Positions 30,887 to 40,828 of a stretch of 64,000 nucleotides of DNA are shown piece by piece. Numbering within the stretch: position 1 is the first letter of the stretch; each line of letters opens with the position of its first letter. A program made the position numbers and the translations under genes. Under the pieces are notes generated by a model. It made no database searches, was not told where the DNA came from, and saw only the letters and a program-made list of their open reading frames with translations. This DNA comes from Oligoflexales bacterium (GTDB lineage Bacteria; Bdellovibrionota_B; Oligoflexia; Oligoflexales; Bog-1112), in assembly GCA_045105515.1 (NCBI GenBank), contig JBGCDR010000045.1, forward strand, positions 11,720-75,719. Direction: 5' to 3'.

Positions 30887-32524
30887 TTAATGAATAACCG
30901 AAAAATCACTACCGATTAAAGATAAAGATGTCTGCCCACGCCAAAAATTTCTTCCTGCAGACACTAGAAAATGAGCCTTTTTTGCAAGTTTCAAATCTTC
31001 AAATACTTCATTAAAAAACATGATTTTATATGAGTTCTCGTGTTTGATGCTCACTGCTGTATGCCTCGGTAAGCCAGTTTTTTTATCGTTATAGAATACG
31101 GTTGATTCAATTTCTGCCTCTAGATGGAACAAAGGCTCTTCAAACTGGTGACCGAATGGGCGTAAATGTTCGAGGTGGTCGGTAAGCGGAAGGTAAAGAA
31201 GTTTTTCACCAATGGTAAAATCATAGGAAATGCTACTTTCCCAAAGTTTAGGTTCCTGAGTCTTAATCTTCAGTGCATGCGATTCTAGACAGTTCCTTAT
31301 ATTGTCTTCGTTTTGTGAGGAGAAAGAAAATCCTCCAGCAGCACTGTGTCCACCAAATTTGCTAAATAGGTGAGAAGCTGCTGACATAGCGTCAGTTACA
31401 TCGAAGCCCGGAATAGACCGTGCTGAACCTTTGCAGAAATCTTCATTTTTCTGAAATAGCCATACCGGTCGCCAAAATTCTTCGGCTATCTTACTAGCAG
31501 CGATACCAACAACTCCTTGATGCCAGTTCCCTCCAAGGAAAAGTACAGGTCTATCGAGGTATGCTTTTGCTTGCTCTCTTGCTTCTTCTACGATGCTTTG
31601 CTGTATAAGCTTGCGTTTCTCATTGCAGATTCCCATATGCCTAATGAGAGGATCCGGGTCACCTTCAATGAAGGCAACGACGACTTTGTTTGCATGTTCC
31701 AAACGCCCTACCGCATTGATGCGGGGGCCGAGCCGAAAGCCTACATCGCGCTCATCCATGCTTTGGTTTTGGATTGAGGAAGCTGCGATCAGTTTTTTGA
31801 GGACTTGCCGATCACTGCGTAGCAATGCAGCAACTCCATGCTGGGCTAGCTTGTGGTTGACCCCATTTAAAGGCACCACATCGCAAATAGTAGCCATGCC
31901 GGTTAGTGCTAGAATGTCAGTCCAGACGTTGGAAGTAACTTGAAAGACTTCTCCAAGTTTCCTCAATAGGACAAAGGTAATACCGCATCCACAAAGCTCT
32001 TGATAAAGAGGGTCTGGGTGCATTTTAGGATTAAGGATGATGCAGTCTGGCATTTTATCTGCTTGAATTTTATGATGATCTGTACAGATAAAATCTACTC
32101 CGGCCTCCTTGCACCACTTTGCCTCTTCGTTTGCTGTGATTCCCGTGTCCATGGTGATGATAAGTTCAGCTTTTTCTTCGTGCACTAAGTACTGTACCGC
32201 ATTTAGGTTGACACCGTAGCCTTCTGCAAAGCGGTCAGGAATATAGTAGGTAAAGTTGTTATAGCCAATACTTTGTAAAAACCAGATCCAGCTTACACAG
32301 CTCATGGTCCCATCGACATCATAGTCAGCATAGAGTGCGATCCTTTTATTGTTTTTGATAGCTTTTAAAAGGGTGTTGAAGGCGGCTGTTAAGCCATAGT
32401 CTCCGTACTTTAGCTGGTCTATCTCGGTAAATGCCCTGTTCTGACAAATTTGGAGGGTTAACTCGTTGTAATTTTGTGGATTTATTGAAGCTCGTGGCTT
32501 CCAGTGTTTAAATCGGTAACCCAT
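30887..32524 (-). CDS. recJ: Single-stranded DNA exonuclease RecJ
   Basis: YADYDVDG, PDRFAEGYG, TMDTG, TDHH, PRINAVGRL, GSARS and GGHSAAGG. Confidence 0.93.
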   Translation of the reverse strand: MGYRFKHWKPRASINPQNYNELTLQICQNRAFTEIDQLKYGDYGLTAAFNTLLKAIKNNKRIALYADYDVDGTMSCVSWIWFLQSIGYNNFTYYIPDRFAEGYGVNLNAVQYLVHEEKAELIITMDTGITANEEAKWCKEAGVDFICTDHHKIQADKMPDCIILNPKMHPDPLYQELCGCGITFVLLRKLGEVFQVTSNVWTDILALTGMATICDVVPLNGVNHKLAQHGVAALLRSDRQVLKKLIAASSIQNQSMDERDVGFRLGPRINAVGRLEHANKVVVAFIEGDPDPLIRHMGICNEKRKLIQQSIVEEAREQAKAYLDRPVLFLGGNWHQGVVGIAASKIAEEFWRPVWLFQKNEDFCKGSARSIPGFDVTDAMSAASHLFSKFGGHSAAGGFSFSSQNEDNIRNCLESHALKIKTQEPKLWESSISYDFTIGEKLLYLPLTDHLEHLRPFGHQFEEPLFHLEAEIESTVFYNDKKTGLPRHTAVSIKHENSYKIMFFNEVFEDLKLAKKAHFLVSAGRNFWRGQTSLSLIGSDFSVIH

Positions 32525-32692
32525 GATATCCCTATATTTTTTGTGCTGGAATCTGCGGTAGAATTCAAGTGTTTCAATAGCTTAGATAAGTTGCAGCAGG
32601 TGCTGGTACAGTAAAGCTATCTACTATATAAGATGCCCCAGGCCCTACCACAAGAAAAGTCTGTAAATTTGATCGATCAGCTTGCGGCAGGC

Positions 32693-32719
32693 TAAATTTC
32701 TATTTGCTTTTACCGATGA
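32693..32719 (+). promoter_or_regulatory. Putative sigma28-type promoter of the PilZ gene
   Basis: TAAA-N15-ACCGATGA about 65 nt upstream of the GTG start. Confidence 0.5.
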
Positions 32720-32784
32720 ATGGGGATGAGATGGAGGATTTTGCGCTAGCATGCCATTTGATGGCTTTTTGCTGAGGTGACTTT

Positions 32785-33204
32785 GTGGTCGGGTTAAGAA
32801 AAAACACTAAGAAACAAGAAAATATTAAGGATGTTAGACTAAGGTTCTGCAACCTAAAAGCTCGTGAAAAAAAAGCTATTACCGAATTTATTGCAATAAA
32901 TATCTCTAAAGATGCAGGTACCGCCGACAAAAAATTCGATCCAAACTCTCCCAAAGAGAAGCGCAGGGACATTCGGGTTGTTTTAAGCCGTTTTGAAGTT
33001 AGCGTCCATGCTGATGCTGGCCCCACCCTTGAAGCCCAGGATTTCAAGGGACAGCTTACTGATCTGTCTACAGGAGGTTGCTGTATTAGGGTTGCTCAGG
33101 ATGTAAAGCTCACAAAGAATAGTAAAGCAAAAATATCACTAGAATTTATCCTACCAGGATTTAGCCCTGACGTAGAAATTCTGGGACTTCGTTACGACGA
33201 TTAG
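32785..33204 (+). CDS. PilZ-domain c-di-GMP-binding protein with atypical domain order
   Basis: RxxxR (KRRDIR) and DxSxxG (DLSTGG) motifs; GAGGTG ribosome-binding site. Confidence 0.75.
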   Translation: MVGLRKNTKKQENIKDVRLRFCNLKAREKKAITEFIAINISKDAGTADKKFDPNSPKEKRRDIRVVLSRFEVSVHADAGPTLEAQDFKGQLTDLSTGGCCIRVAQDVKLTKNSKAKISLEFILPGFSPDVEILGLRYDD

Positions 33205-33293
33205 AAATTTTAAATTTTCTCTCTCGATTTTTTAAAAAAGCTGCCATAACTAATCGCTGAACTTGGTTTTCCACCTATAGGAAAGGTTTCACA

Positions 33294-33680
33294 ATGAGAG
33301 AAGTTTTAAGCTCCCCAAATCTTCCTGCTCCTCAGTTTCGGTATAGTGCATTTATCAAAGCAGGTCCCTTTTACTACACAGCTGGTATGATTGCATTGGA
33401 TATGAAAACTCAGAAGATGCTTAATAGTAATTTTGAAGAAGAAAGTAGACGAATATTAGAAAATTTACGAGGAGCCCTTCCTGATTTTGGACTTAGTTTT
33501 GAAAATCTGATTTCAGCTAAGATATATACAACAAATCTTCAGGAATTTTCAAAGATCAATCAGGTTTGGGAGGAGTACTTTCCAGATGGACTTATTCCCC
33601 CTACCCGTACTTCAATGGGGGTAGCAGCACTTCCATTGGGAGCAAAAGTAGAAATGGAATTTGTATTGTATAAGTCTTAA
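33294..33680 (+). CDS. RidA/YjgF/UK114 family protein
   Basis: YS, YTAGMIALD, INQVWEEYF, PTRT and ALPLGAKVEME. Confidence 0.9.
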   Translation: MREVLSSPNLPAPQFRYSAFIKAGPFYYTAGMIALDMKTQKMLNSNFEEESRRILENLRGALPDFGLSFENLISAKIYTTNLQEFSKINQVWEEYFPDGLIPPTRTSMGVAALPLGAKVEMEFVLYKS

Positions 33681-33931
33681 TGCCGAGATCCAGTTCCTTG
33701 TAAGAATTTATTCCAAATTTTTTATGTTTCTATTTGTTATTTTTGAGATAGAAACTCATTTCCCAACCTAATAATAGTTCTGGAATAAGAATTTTTAGTT
33801 TTCCTTAGAATCATTAGGTATACCAGTGTTTGCTCAGCCTTATCAGTTTAAGTTTATTTACATCTAAGTAAAAAGAATGTTAGGATCCTGCATATTAAGC
33901 TAAAATATCTATCCGTTGAGGAGGGTTAAAG

Positions 33932-34918
33932 ATGAGGGTGCGAGTCTTTTTGCTATTGCTTTGCTTTTACCATAATTCGGCATACCAAGCTTTGGGAAAA
34001 ACAGCACCACGACCTTTCGTAATTAATCCTCAAAATATAGTTAAGGATATTTTTAAAAAATACAAAACACCAGAAGAAATTCTGTGGAGTCAATATTTTG
34101 AGATAGATTTACAGTCCATTAGACTTCTTCATTCCGGTTTATTTCAAGAAGCTGAATGGAGGCTGGCTGAAGAAGGAAATAAAATAGGAGAGGAAGCCGT
34201 TCATTCCTTTTTAAATAGAATTATGGCTGAGGGTAAAGTCTTTGACCTCAAAGACTTAGGTATGGGTGGGGCAACTAGACCCCAGGCTGCCTCACTGTCT
34301 TATGGAGTCGTTGGCGTTTTTAAGGAGAAGAAGTCTCTGCATCCTTCAGCAGATTATAGGTCAGAAATTGCTGCTTATAATTTTGATAGGCTTATTGGAT
34401 TTCGTCTAGTTCCTATGACTGTAAAAAGAAAAATCAACAAGCGTAAAGGCTCAATGCAGTATTTTGTCAAAAATTCAGAGAGTGTTGTTAAACTAAAGGA
34501 TTATCGAAGGAGTAAGAATCTCAACGTATTTGATTATTTGATCAGTAATAAGGATCGGAATGAGGGCAATTTACTGATAGCAAACGGTCGGGAAATTGCT
34601 ATTGATCACGGGCTTGCTTTACGCGGAGCAAATCTACTTGGAAGGTACCTAAAGCTTACCGATCGCGTAGCAAATACCTTTGGGATTGCCAGTCACCCTA
34701 TTAGACAAATAATCATTCACCCTTCAAGGCAAATAGAAGAATATCAGGCAGATGAATCTATATTGAAAGGACTTGAATTTCTAAGTTTGGAAGATTTAAG
34801 AAACTCACTCAAAAAAAATTTAGATGAAAGTAGGATTAATCGAATTTTTGATAAAAAAAATAGGCTATTAAATAAGTTGATAGCTGCGGATCTTTATGCT
34901 GGTCATAGCCTACTATAA
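33932..34918 (+). CDS. Secreted atypical kinase (PI3/PI4-kinase / Fam20-like fold)
   Basis: Signal-peptide-like N-terminus; GVFK, SEIAAY, VPMT, GSMQYFV, FDYLISNKDRNEGN and IAIDHG. Confidence 0.7.
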   Translation: MRVRVFLLLLCFYHNSAYQALGKTAPRPFVINPQNIVKDIFKKYKTPEEILWSQYFEIDLQSIRLLHSGLFQEAEWRLAEEGNKIGEEAVHSFLNRIMAEGKVFDLKDLGMGGATRPQAASLSYGVVGVFKEKKSLHPSADYRSEIAAYNFDRLIGFRLVPMTVKRKINKRKGSMQYFVKNSESVVKLKDYRRSKNLNVFDYLISNKDRNEGNLLIANGREIAIDHGLALRGANLLGRYLKLTDRVANTFGIASHPIRQIIIHPSRQIEEYQADESILKGLEFLSLEDLRNSLKKNLDESRINRIFDKKNRLLNKLIAADLYAGHSLL

Positions 34919-35040
34919 ATAAATTAGTTATGAGTGCGTCTTAAAATGTGTTTTTTGCATATTCTCAGAATTTTCTAATACTAAATAATTGCTTAGCACT
35001 CTACTCCTCCAAATGAATCATACGTGATAGCCGAGCTTGC

Positions 35041-35067
35041 TAAGGTCTCGATGATTTTGTCCGAAAG
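35041..35067 (+). promoter_or_regulatory. Putative sigma28-type promoter of the cheA locus
   Basis: TAAG-N15-TCCGAAAG about 45 nt upstream of cheA. Confidence 0.4.
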
Positions 35068-35113
35068 ATTCCCTGAGCACATCTATCTGAATAAAGGGTT
35101 TACCGAGGATTGA

Positions 35114-37864
35114 ATGGTAGATATTGACCCTACATTGATGCAGACTTTTCTTGAGGAGTCTGAGGAAAATCTAGCAATAGCAGAAAAGCATTTGCTAGAG
35201 ATGGAAAATAGCGATCAATTCACCTTAGATGACATCAGTGCGATATTTAGGGCTATTCATTCTTTCAAAGGAGGCAGTTCCTTTTTTAATTTAACGACTT
35301 TAGTAAACTTACTCCATGTTGTCGAAAGTCTTTTGTCGAATTTACAAAATTCCGTTTTTCCTCCAAGCAAAGAAATGTTCTCAGCTGTCTTAGAATCTCT
35401 AGATGTTGCCAGGACAATGTTGTATGCGCAAGATTATGGAGAATCGACTGATATCACTCTTTATGTAGGAAAAATAACTCAATTAAATGCTAACGGACTT
35501 AATAAGAATACTGGGCTTCATCTATTTGATGAGGATGAGGAACAGTCTGAACCAGCAGCTGACCCGGTGAATTCGGACCCAGAGGCAACAGAAAAAAAAG
35601 TTCCTAATGAATCGAATAGGCATCATCTTGAAACTTCTCAAGTAGATGCCTCAAAGATCTCGGCATTTGAAGGTGAAAAAAAACAAAGTCCGACAAAACC
35701 TAGCACTATAAAAGCTCCAAATACAATAAACAAGTCAAGTGAACTTGAGAAAGAATCAAATAATAAACGCAGAGATAATGAACCTCGTAAATCGCAGCAA
35801 AGTAGCACGGTAAGGGTAAAAACTGAACTTATTGATAATATTCTTGATCAGGTGGGAGAAGTTATTTTAGTGAGAAACCAGCTTGCTAAAAAATATCCTG
35901 ATGAGGACATGGTTGGGGCTCTATCCCAGCGAATTGGCAAGCTCCACAATACTATACTTGAAACCCGGATGCAGTCTGTTTCAACTCTTTTCGAAAAATT
36001 TCACCGAGTTGTTCGCGATTTATCTTTGCAATTGGATAAAAATATAGTCCTTCATATCGATGCTGGTGAAGTCGAGCTTGATCGAACTATTTTGGAGTCG
36101 TTTTCTGATCCTATGACTCATTTAGTGAGAAATGCTGCTGATCATGGCCTCGAATCAACCAACGAACGGGTACACATTGGCAAAAGTCCACAGGGAAATC
36201 TTTATTTGAGTGCTAGCCAGAAGGGGGGCAAAGTTGAAATCGAAGTTGAAGATGATGGTGCTGGAATCGATGTTGAGAAAGTAAGAGAAAGAGCAGTAGA
36301 AAAAGGTCTTATTAGTGATCATATGGCCGAAGAAATGAGTGAGTCTGCATGCATGAACCTTATTATGCTTCCTGGTTTTTCAACTAGACTTGAAGCATCG
36401 GAGTTATCCGGTAGAGGGGTTGGAATGGATGTAGTTAAAAGCTCGGTGGAGGATGCTGGTGGTGCCTTAAAAGTTTTCTCACGTCAAGGAAAAGGAACAA
36501 AATTTACTGCATCCTTTCCGTTAACTTTGGCAATAGCGACAGCTCTTATTGTCAAAGCTAAGGATCAAAGATTTGCGATACCTGAGCTAATGGTAGACGA
36601 AATTTCTACAATACGTTGGAGTCAAAGAGATGAGGTTATCAAGATAAGTGAAGGACAAATGTTTTTCAAGCACCGAGGTGTGCTTATTCCTACTGTATTG
36701 TTATCTGATATTTTGCAGATAAATAATAATGGGACATCTCAAATTGATAAATATATGTTTAAAAATGTTGTCCTGTGCAAGCACAACGGAATTCCATTTT
36801 CTGTCATTGTTGATAAAATCCTTAATATCGAGGATATAGCGGTAAAAGGCCTTCCTTTACTCATTTCAGATTGTAGTGTTTTTTCCGGATTGACAGTCCT
36901 AGAGAATGGCGAAGTTTCAATGTTACTGGACATTTCTAAGGTAGGCGAAGATATTTTATCAAGAACTGCAACCAATGTTCATGAAGATGAGGTGAACGAT
37001 CTTAAGCAGACTGCGGGTGAAAGTCGCAAAGAGCAAATCATAGTTTTCACAAATGCAGAAAATGAGTACTTTGGTATTCATATAGACTTTTTATCTGAAA
37101 TTAGTGCAATTAAATCGGAAGAAGTTGAGAAAGTTGGAGACGCTGAGTTTTATAAGCTACATGGAAATCATGTTCCTTTGATTAGAATTGAAGACTATTT
37201 GCCTATTTCTGTTCCTGAGGACAGAAATAATCTCTTGGTTTTTGTATCTTCGACAAATTTTCCTATTGGAATTATCGCAACTAAAGCAATCAAAGTTCAG
37301 CATATTGGTGATGATTTGAATTCCAAGCTTGCAGATCGTAATGGGATTCTTTCAACTATAATCGATGACGGACATATGGTAACTATTCTTGATATGTATG
37401 CCCTGTTCCGGAGAAGAGCTCCCGAACACTTTAAATCATTCGAAAATATTGGTAAGGGAGTTTGTGTCTTGCTCGTAGAAGATACTTCTTTCTTTATAGT
37501 ATTGCTGAGTCAATATCTTAAGGAAGCAGGTTTCGAAGTGATTGTCGCAAAAGATGGAGTTGAAGCGTTAGAGAAGCTTCATAAGGAAGAAAATCAAATT
37601 AAGGCGATGATATCTGATATTATTATGCCTAAGATGGATGGGTTTGAACTTATAGAGCGAGTTAGACGTAGTAAAATAAAGCAAATTGCAAATATTCCTT
37701 CCATTGCTGTGACGGCAATTAGTGAAGAAGAACATATTTCAAGAATTAAGGAATCAGGGTTTGATGCCTGTATCTCTAAAAATGAGAAAGATAAGCTACT
37801 TAGTCGGCTTTATAATTTGGTTATTCAGGATGCTGAAACTATTGCAATTAAGAAAGCTTCGTAG
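35114..37864 (+). CDS. cheA: Hybrid chemotaxis kinase CheA (Hpt, dimerisation, HATPase, two CheW domains, receiver)
   Basis: FRAIHSFKG, HLVRNAADHG, DDGAGI, SGRGVGMDVV, PLTLAI and C-terminal LLVED...SDIIMPKMDG. Confidence 0.93.
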   Translation: MVDIDPTLMQTFLEESEENLAIAEKHLLEMENSDQFTLDDISAIFRAIHSFKGGSSFFNLTTLVNLLHVVESLLSNLQNSVFPPSKEMFSAVLESLDVARTMLYAQDYGESTDITLYVGKITQLNANGLNKNTGLHLFDEDEEQSEPAADPVNSDPEATEKKVPNESNRHHLETSQVDASKISAFEGEKKQSPTKPSTIKAPNTINKSSELEKESNNKRRDNEPRKSQQSSTVRVKTELIDNILDQVGEVILVRNQLAKKYPDEDMVGALSQRIGKLHNTILETRMQSVSTLFEKFHRVVRDLSLQLDKNIVLHIDAGEVELDRTILESFSDPMTHLVRNAADHGLESTNERVHIGKSPQGNLYLSASQKGGKVEIEVEDDGAGIDVEKVRERAVEKGLISDHMAEEMSESACMNLIMLPGFSTRLEASELSGRGVGMDVVKSSVEDAGGALKVFSRQGKGTKFTASFPLTLAIATALIVKAKDQRFAIPELMVDEISTIRWSQRDEVIKISEGQMFFKHRGVLIPTVLLSDILQINNNGTSQIDKYMFKNVVLCKHNGIPFSVIVDKILNIEDIAVKGLPLLISDCSVFSGLTVLENGEVSMLLDISKVGEDILSRTATNVHEDEVNDLKQTAGESRKEQIIVFTNAENEYFGIHIDFLSEISAIKSEEVEKVGDAEFYKLHGNHVPLIRIEDYLPISVPEDRNNLLVFVSSTNFPIGIIATKAIKVQHIGDDLNSKLADRNGILSTIIDDGHMVTILDMYALFRRRAPEHFKSFENIGKGVCVLLVEDTSFFIVLLSQYLKEAGFEVIVAKDGVEALEKLHKEENQIKAMISDIIMPKMDGFELIERVRRSKIKQIANIPSIAVTAISEEEHISRIKESGFDACISKNEKDKLLSRLYNLVIQDAETIAIKKAS

Positions 37865-37872
37865 AGGTTTGT

Positions 37873-38334
37873 ATGCGCTATTCAGTCTTCACAGCAGGAA
37901 AATCCTATTACGGAATTCCTATACAGCAGGTTCAAGAATTTGATTTTGAATATAAACTGTCCCCTGTACCCTATGCTGACTCTCGAATTTCAGGAGTATC
38001 CAGTTTACGTGGTAGAATCATAACGGTTATTGATTTGCGCAAGTGTCTTGGTATTAAGGAAGGAAATGAACCAAGGAGGAGAAAGGTACTGGTGCTTGAT
38101 TCTATCCAATTGTGTAAAGACTATGATACCTTCGATGAAAGGTTTTCTAAAGATGTGCTAGGAGTGGTTGTTGATCGTATAGAGGGAATTGTTGATCTGG
38201 ACTTTCATCACTCTTTAAATATCGACCAATCAAAAAAAGGGAACTTTATTGAAGCGGTTGTTAACCATGAAGATAAAGTTCTAAATTTGTTGTCATTTCC
38301 GTTAATTATTCAAGATATTTATAAAGGACCATAG
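37873..38334 (+). CDS. cheW: Chemotaxis coupling protein CheW
   Basis: YGIPIQQVQE, GVSSLRGRIITVIDL and GVVVDRI. Confidence 0.9.
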   Translation: MRYSVFTAGKSYYGIPIQQVQEFDFEYKLSPVPYADSRISGVSSLRGRIITVIDLRKCLGIKEGNEPRRRKVLVLDSIQLCKDYDTFDERFSKDVLGVVVDRIEGIVDLDFHHSLNIDQSKKGNFIEAVVNHEDKVLNLLSFPLIIQDIYKGP

Positions 38335-38336
38335 GT

Positions 38337-40703
38337 ATGGCTGAGAAGGGAAACGGTTTTAGTATCTTTCATCCCGTTATTCGTATTGAACATCGGGAGT
38401 TTTACGAGGCTATACTCAATGAGATTTCATCAATTTCGCCAGTTTGTAATCAGGCTAGGTCGACTGCTGCTGAAATAAGTAAGGATAGTGCAGAAGAAGA
38501 GTTGATCATAGACCTAATTAAAAAGGTTGAAGATTTCTCCAATGAGCTTCTATCTGTGACCAAAAATCTATTTGATCAATTTTATCAGACTAAAGAAAAG
38601 TTTTATGAATCTATGTTGATGATTATGGCCTACAATAAAATTAATCTGATGGATAGAAATCTACTTGAGAGAACTTGTGATGTCAGATGGTGGTCAATGG
38701 AATCACCCTTTACAATTTGCGTAGAAAGGTACAACCAAGTTAGTTCTGAAGCAAGAGATGTGGATCAGACAGTAATGGGCCTTGGAGAACAGTTAAAAGA
38801 TAATAAAAAAGCTTTAGAGGCTATAAAAGGAATCAGAGAATTTTTGAAACCTACTACTTGGCTAAAAGATAAGATAGATGATCTCGAGCATTTTTATACC
38901 CATGTAGAAGAAATTTATAAATGTCTAAAAGAAATCAGTAAAGAAAATCTTAAAACAAAGATTGATGTTTTTCTTAGAGATGTCAAAGATTGTTGTAATG
39001 CTGCAGCATTTGCATCAAGCCGTTTAGAAGATATAGTTAATTCCTATACAATTTATCGTGATGTAATAGTCACGGGAGCAGATGGAAATGTCATTGCAAG
39101 TGCAAATAAAGACAAGCGAAGCATCATTTTAGGGATGCTGGTTTCAGAGGAGGATTGGTATAAGTCTTCTATGGCCCTTAAAGATGGTAACCAATATCAT
39201 GCTCAAGATATTTGCAAGACAATAATTGAAGATAATCCATCCTTAGTTTATTCGACTACGCTCAGGGAAGGAAACTCTCCTAGAGGAAAAATCACTGGTG
39301 TGATGGGGGTATTTTTTGACTTTCAAAGTGAGGCGACCCTTATCCTCGATGAATATATGCCCCGTGATAAAAATGATGTCATTCAAGATGATTGTTATTC
39401 AATTTTTACAAATGAAAAGGGTGTGATTATTTGTTCTTCGGATGAGCAAACAATTCCTTCCGGAAACTATATGCACTTACCAAGATGGCATCGGGAATTG
39501 GGACCCGGAGAAAAAACATGTTCCTATAGTGTGATCGAAGGTAGGGAGAGCGCATTGATCACAGCCAAAACAGATGGGTATTTAGAATATAAAGGCCTTG
39601 GATGGAGTTCTCATGTAATTGTACCGAAATCCCATATCTTTGAGCATGAAAATAGTGGATTCAAGTTAAAACTTGATCGCGATGAAATGATGGAGTCATG
39701 TCTGATTCCCGAAATTAATAAAAAAACTTATGAGAGGATTCAAGAGTACAAGGAATCCATTCAGCTTATCTCGCTAAATGGTATTGTATTTGCCTCTAAG
39801 CTCGGCAAACGCGGAGCTGCACTTGGACCCATCTTTGATCGAATTACTAAGACTGGAGATTATGCTACTAATAAAATGGAAGAATTGTTAATTGAAATGG
39901 CTGAAGACGAGTTTGCTCAGAATGCCGAAGCTCTTGAAACATTTTCAAAACAAGCCATAGACCTAATTGATCGAAATTTGTTTGAGCGATCTGCTGATAT
40001 CAGGTGGTGGGCTACGGATACTATTTTTTCCAAGGCCCTTGAGGATCATACACCTGATAGCTGTGACGCTGCTTGCGAACGCTTAAAAGTTATTAATAAC
40101 AGCTACAATATGTACCGTAACTTAGTGCTTTGCGACCCTGGAGGCCAGGTGATAGCAACTTCGCGGACTGAGTCGCGAGGAGAACTGAAACAGATAGACG
40201 TCTCGAACGAGGAATGGTTTTTAGCTGCAATGCGCACCAATAGCTTTGGTCAGTTCGAGGTAGGGGATGTGTCTCATTCTGCTTTGGAACGTCACAAAGA
40301 AACCTCTCTCATTTATTCAGGTGGGGTGCGCAAAAAAGGAGCGCGAGAAGGGGAAGCGATCGGAGTCTTGGGTCTTCTATTTGACTGGGACAATGAAGCC
40401 CGCAAAGTACTAGAATCCTGTTTACAAAAAGATCAGGAAGGAAAGCGAATCAAAGGTACTCAAGCATTTTTTACTAATGGGAAAGGAAAGATTATAGAGT
40501 CTACGGATAATGAGCTATTTAAAGTTGGAGTTGATCTTAAGCTCCCTGATGAGCACTCCAATTTAGGTAGTGGACTTTCATTTTCAGGAATCTTTGAATA
40601 TGAGGGAAAGCGATATCTTTTAGGAACCTCTAAAACTAAAGGATACCGTGAGTATAAAGGGCTCGGATGGTCTGCCCATGTAATCCGGCCAATTGATGAT
40701 TGA
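38337..40703 (+). CDS. Soluble chemoreceptor-like protein with two Cache-like repeats and a divergent MCP tip
   Basis: Internal duplication (DRNLxERxxDxRWW ... GYxEYKGLGWSxHVI occurs twice); central IQLISLNGIVFASKLGKRG; no TM helices; follows cheW. Confidence 0.65.
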   Translation: MAEKGNGFSIFHPVIRIEHREFYEAILNEISSISPVCNQARSTAAEISKDSAEEELIIDLIKKVEDFSNELLSVTKNLFDQFYQTKEKFYESMLMIMAYNKINLMDRNLLERTCDVRWWSMESPFTICVERYNQVSSEARDVDQTVMGLGEQLKDNKKALEAIKGIREFLKPTTWLKDKIDDLEHFYTHVEEIYKCLKEISKENLKTKIDVFLRDVKDCCNAAAFASSRLEDIVNSYTIYRDVIVTGADGNVIASANKDKRSIILGMLVSEEDWYKSSMALKDGNQYHAQDICKTIIEDNPSLVYSTTLREGNSPRGKITGVMGVFFDFQSEATLILDEYMPRDKNDVIQDDCYSIFTNEKGVIICSSDEQTIPSGNYMHLPRWHRELGPGEKTCSYSVIEGRESALITAKTDGYLEYKGLGWSSHVIVPKSHIFEHENSGFKLKLDRDEMMESCLIPEINKKTYERIQEYKESIQLISLNGIVFASKLGKRGAALGPIFDRITKTGDYATNKMEELLIEMAEDEFAQNAEALETFSKQAIDLIDRNLFERSADIRWWATDTIFSKALEDHTPDSCDAACERLKVINNSYNMYRNLVLCDPGGQVIATSRTESRGELKQIDVSNEEWFLAAMRTNSFGQFEVGDVSHSALERHKETSLIYSGGVRKKGAREGEAIGVLGLLFDWDNEARKVLESCLQKDQEGKRIKGTQAFFTNGKGKIIESTDNELFKVGVDLKLPDEHSNLGSGLSFSGIFEYEGKRYLLGTSKTKGYREYKGLGWSAHVIRPIDD

Positions 40704-40742
40704 TAATTACCACGTTTTTAGTTAATAAGTCCCAAATTGGTA

Positions 40743-40774
40743 AGGACTCCTGAATGGTTTTTTTCGGGAGTTTT
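40743..40774 (+). terminator. Possible terminator hairpin after the che locus
   Basis: GGACTCCTGAA ... TTCGGGAGTTT stem with G-U pairs; the U tract is short. Confidence 0.4.
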
Positions 40775-40828
40775 GTGCTGATGAATTTAGAGAAATCTTT
40801 AGCGACTTCCAGTTCATGAAAGGTTCCG

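Noticed and set aside
32716..32784. In-frame upstream extension of the PilZ gene through a TGA (readthrough or selenocysteine)
   Set aside because: The extension is not PilZ-like, overlaps the putative promoter, has no evident SECIS, and a good RBS precedes 32785.
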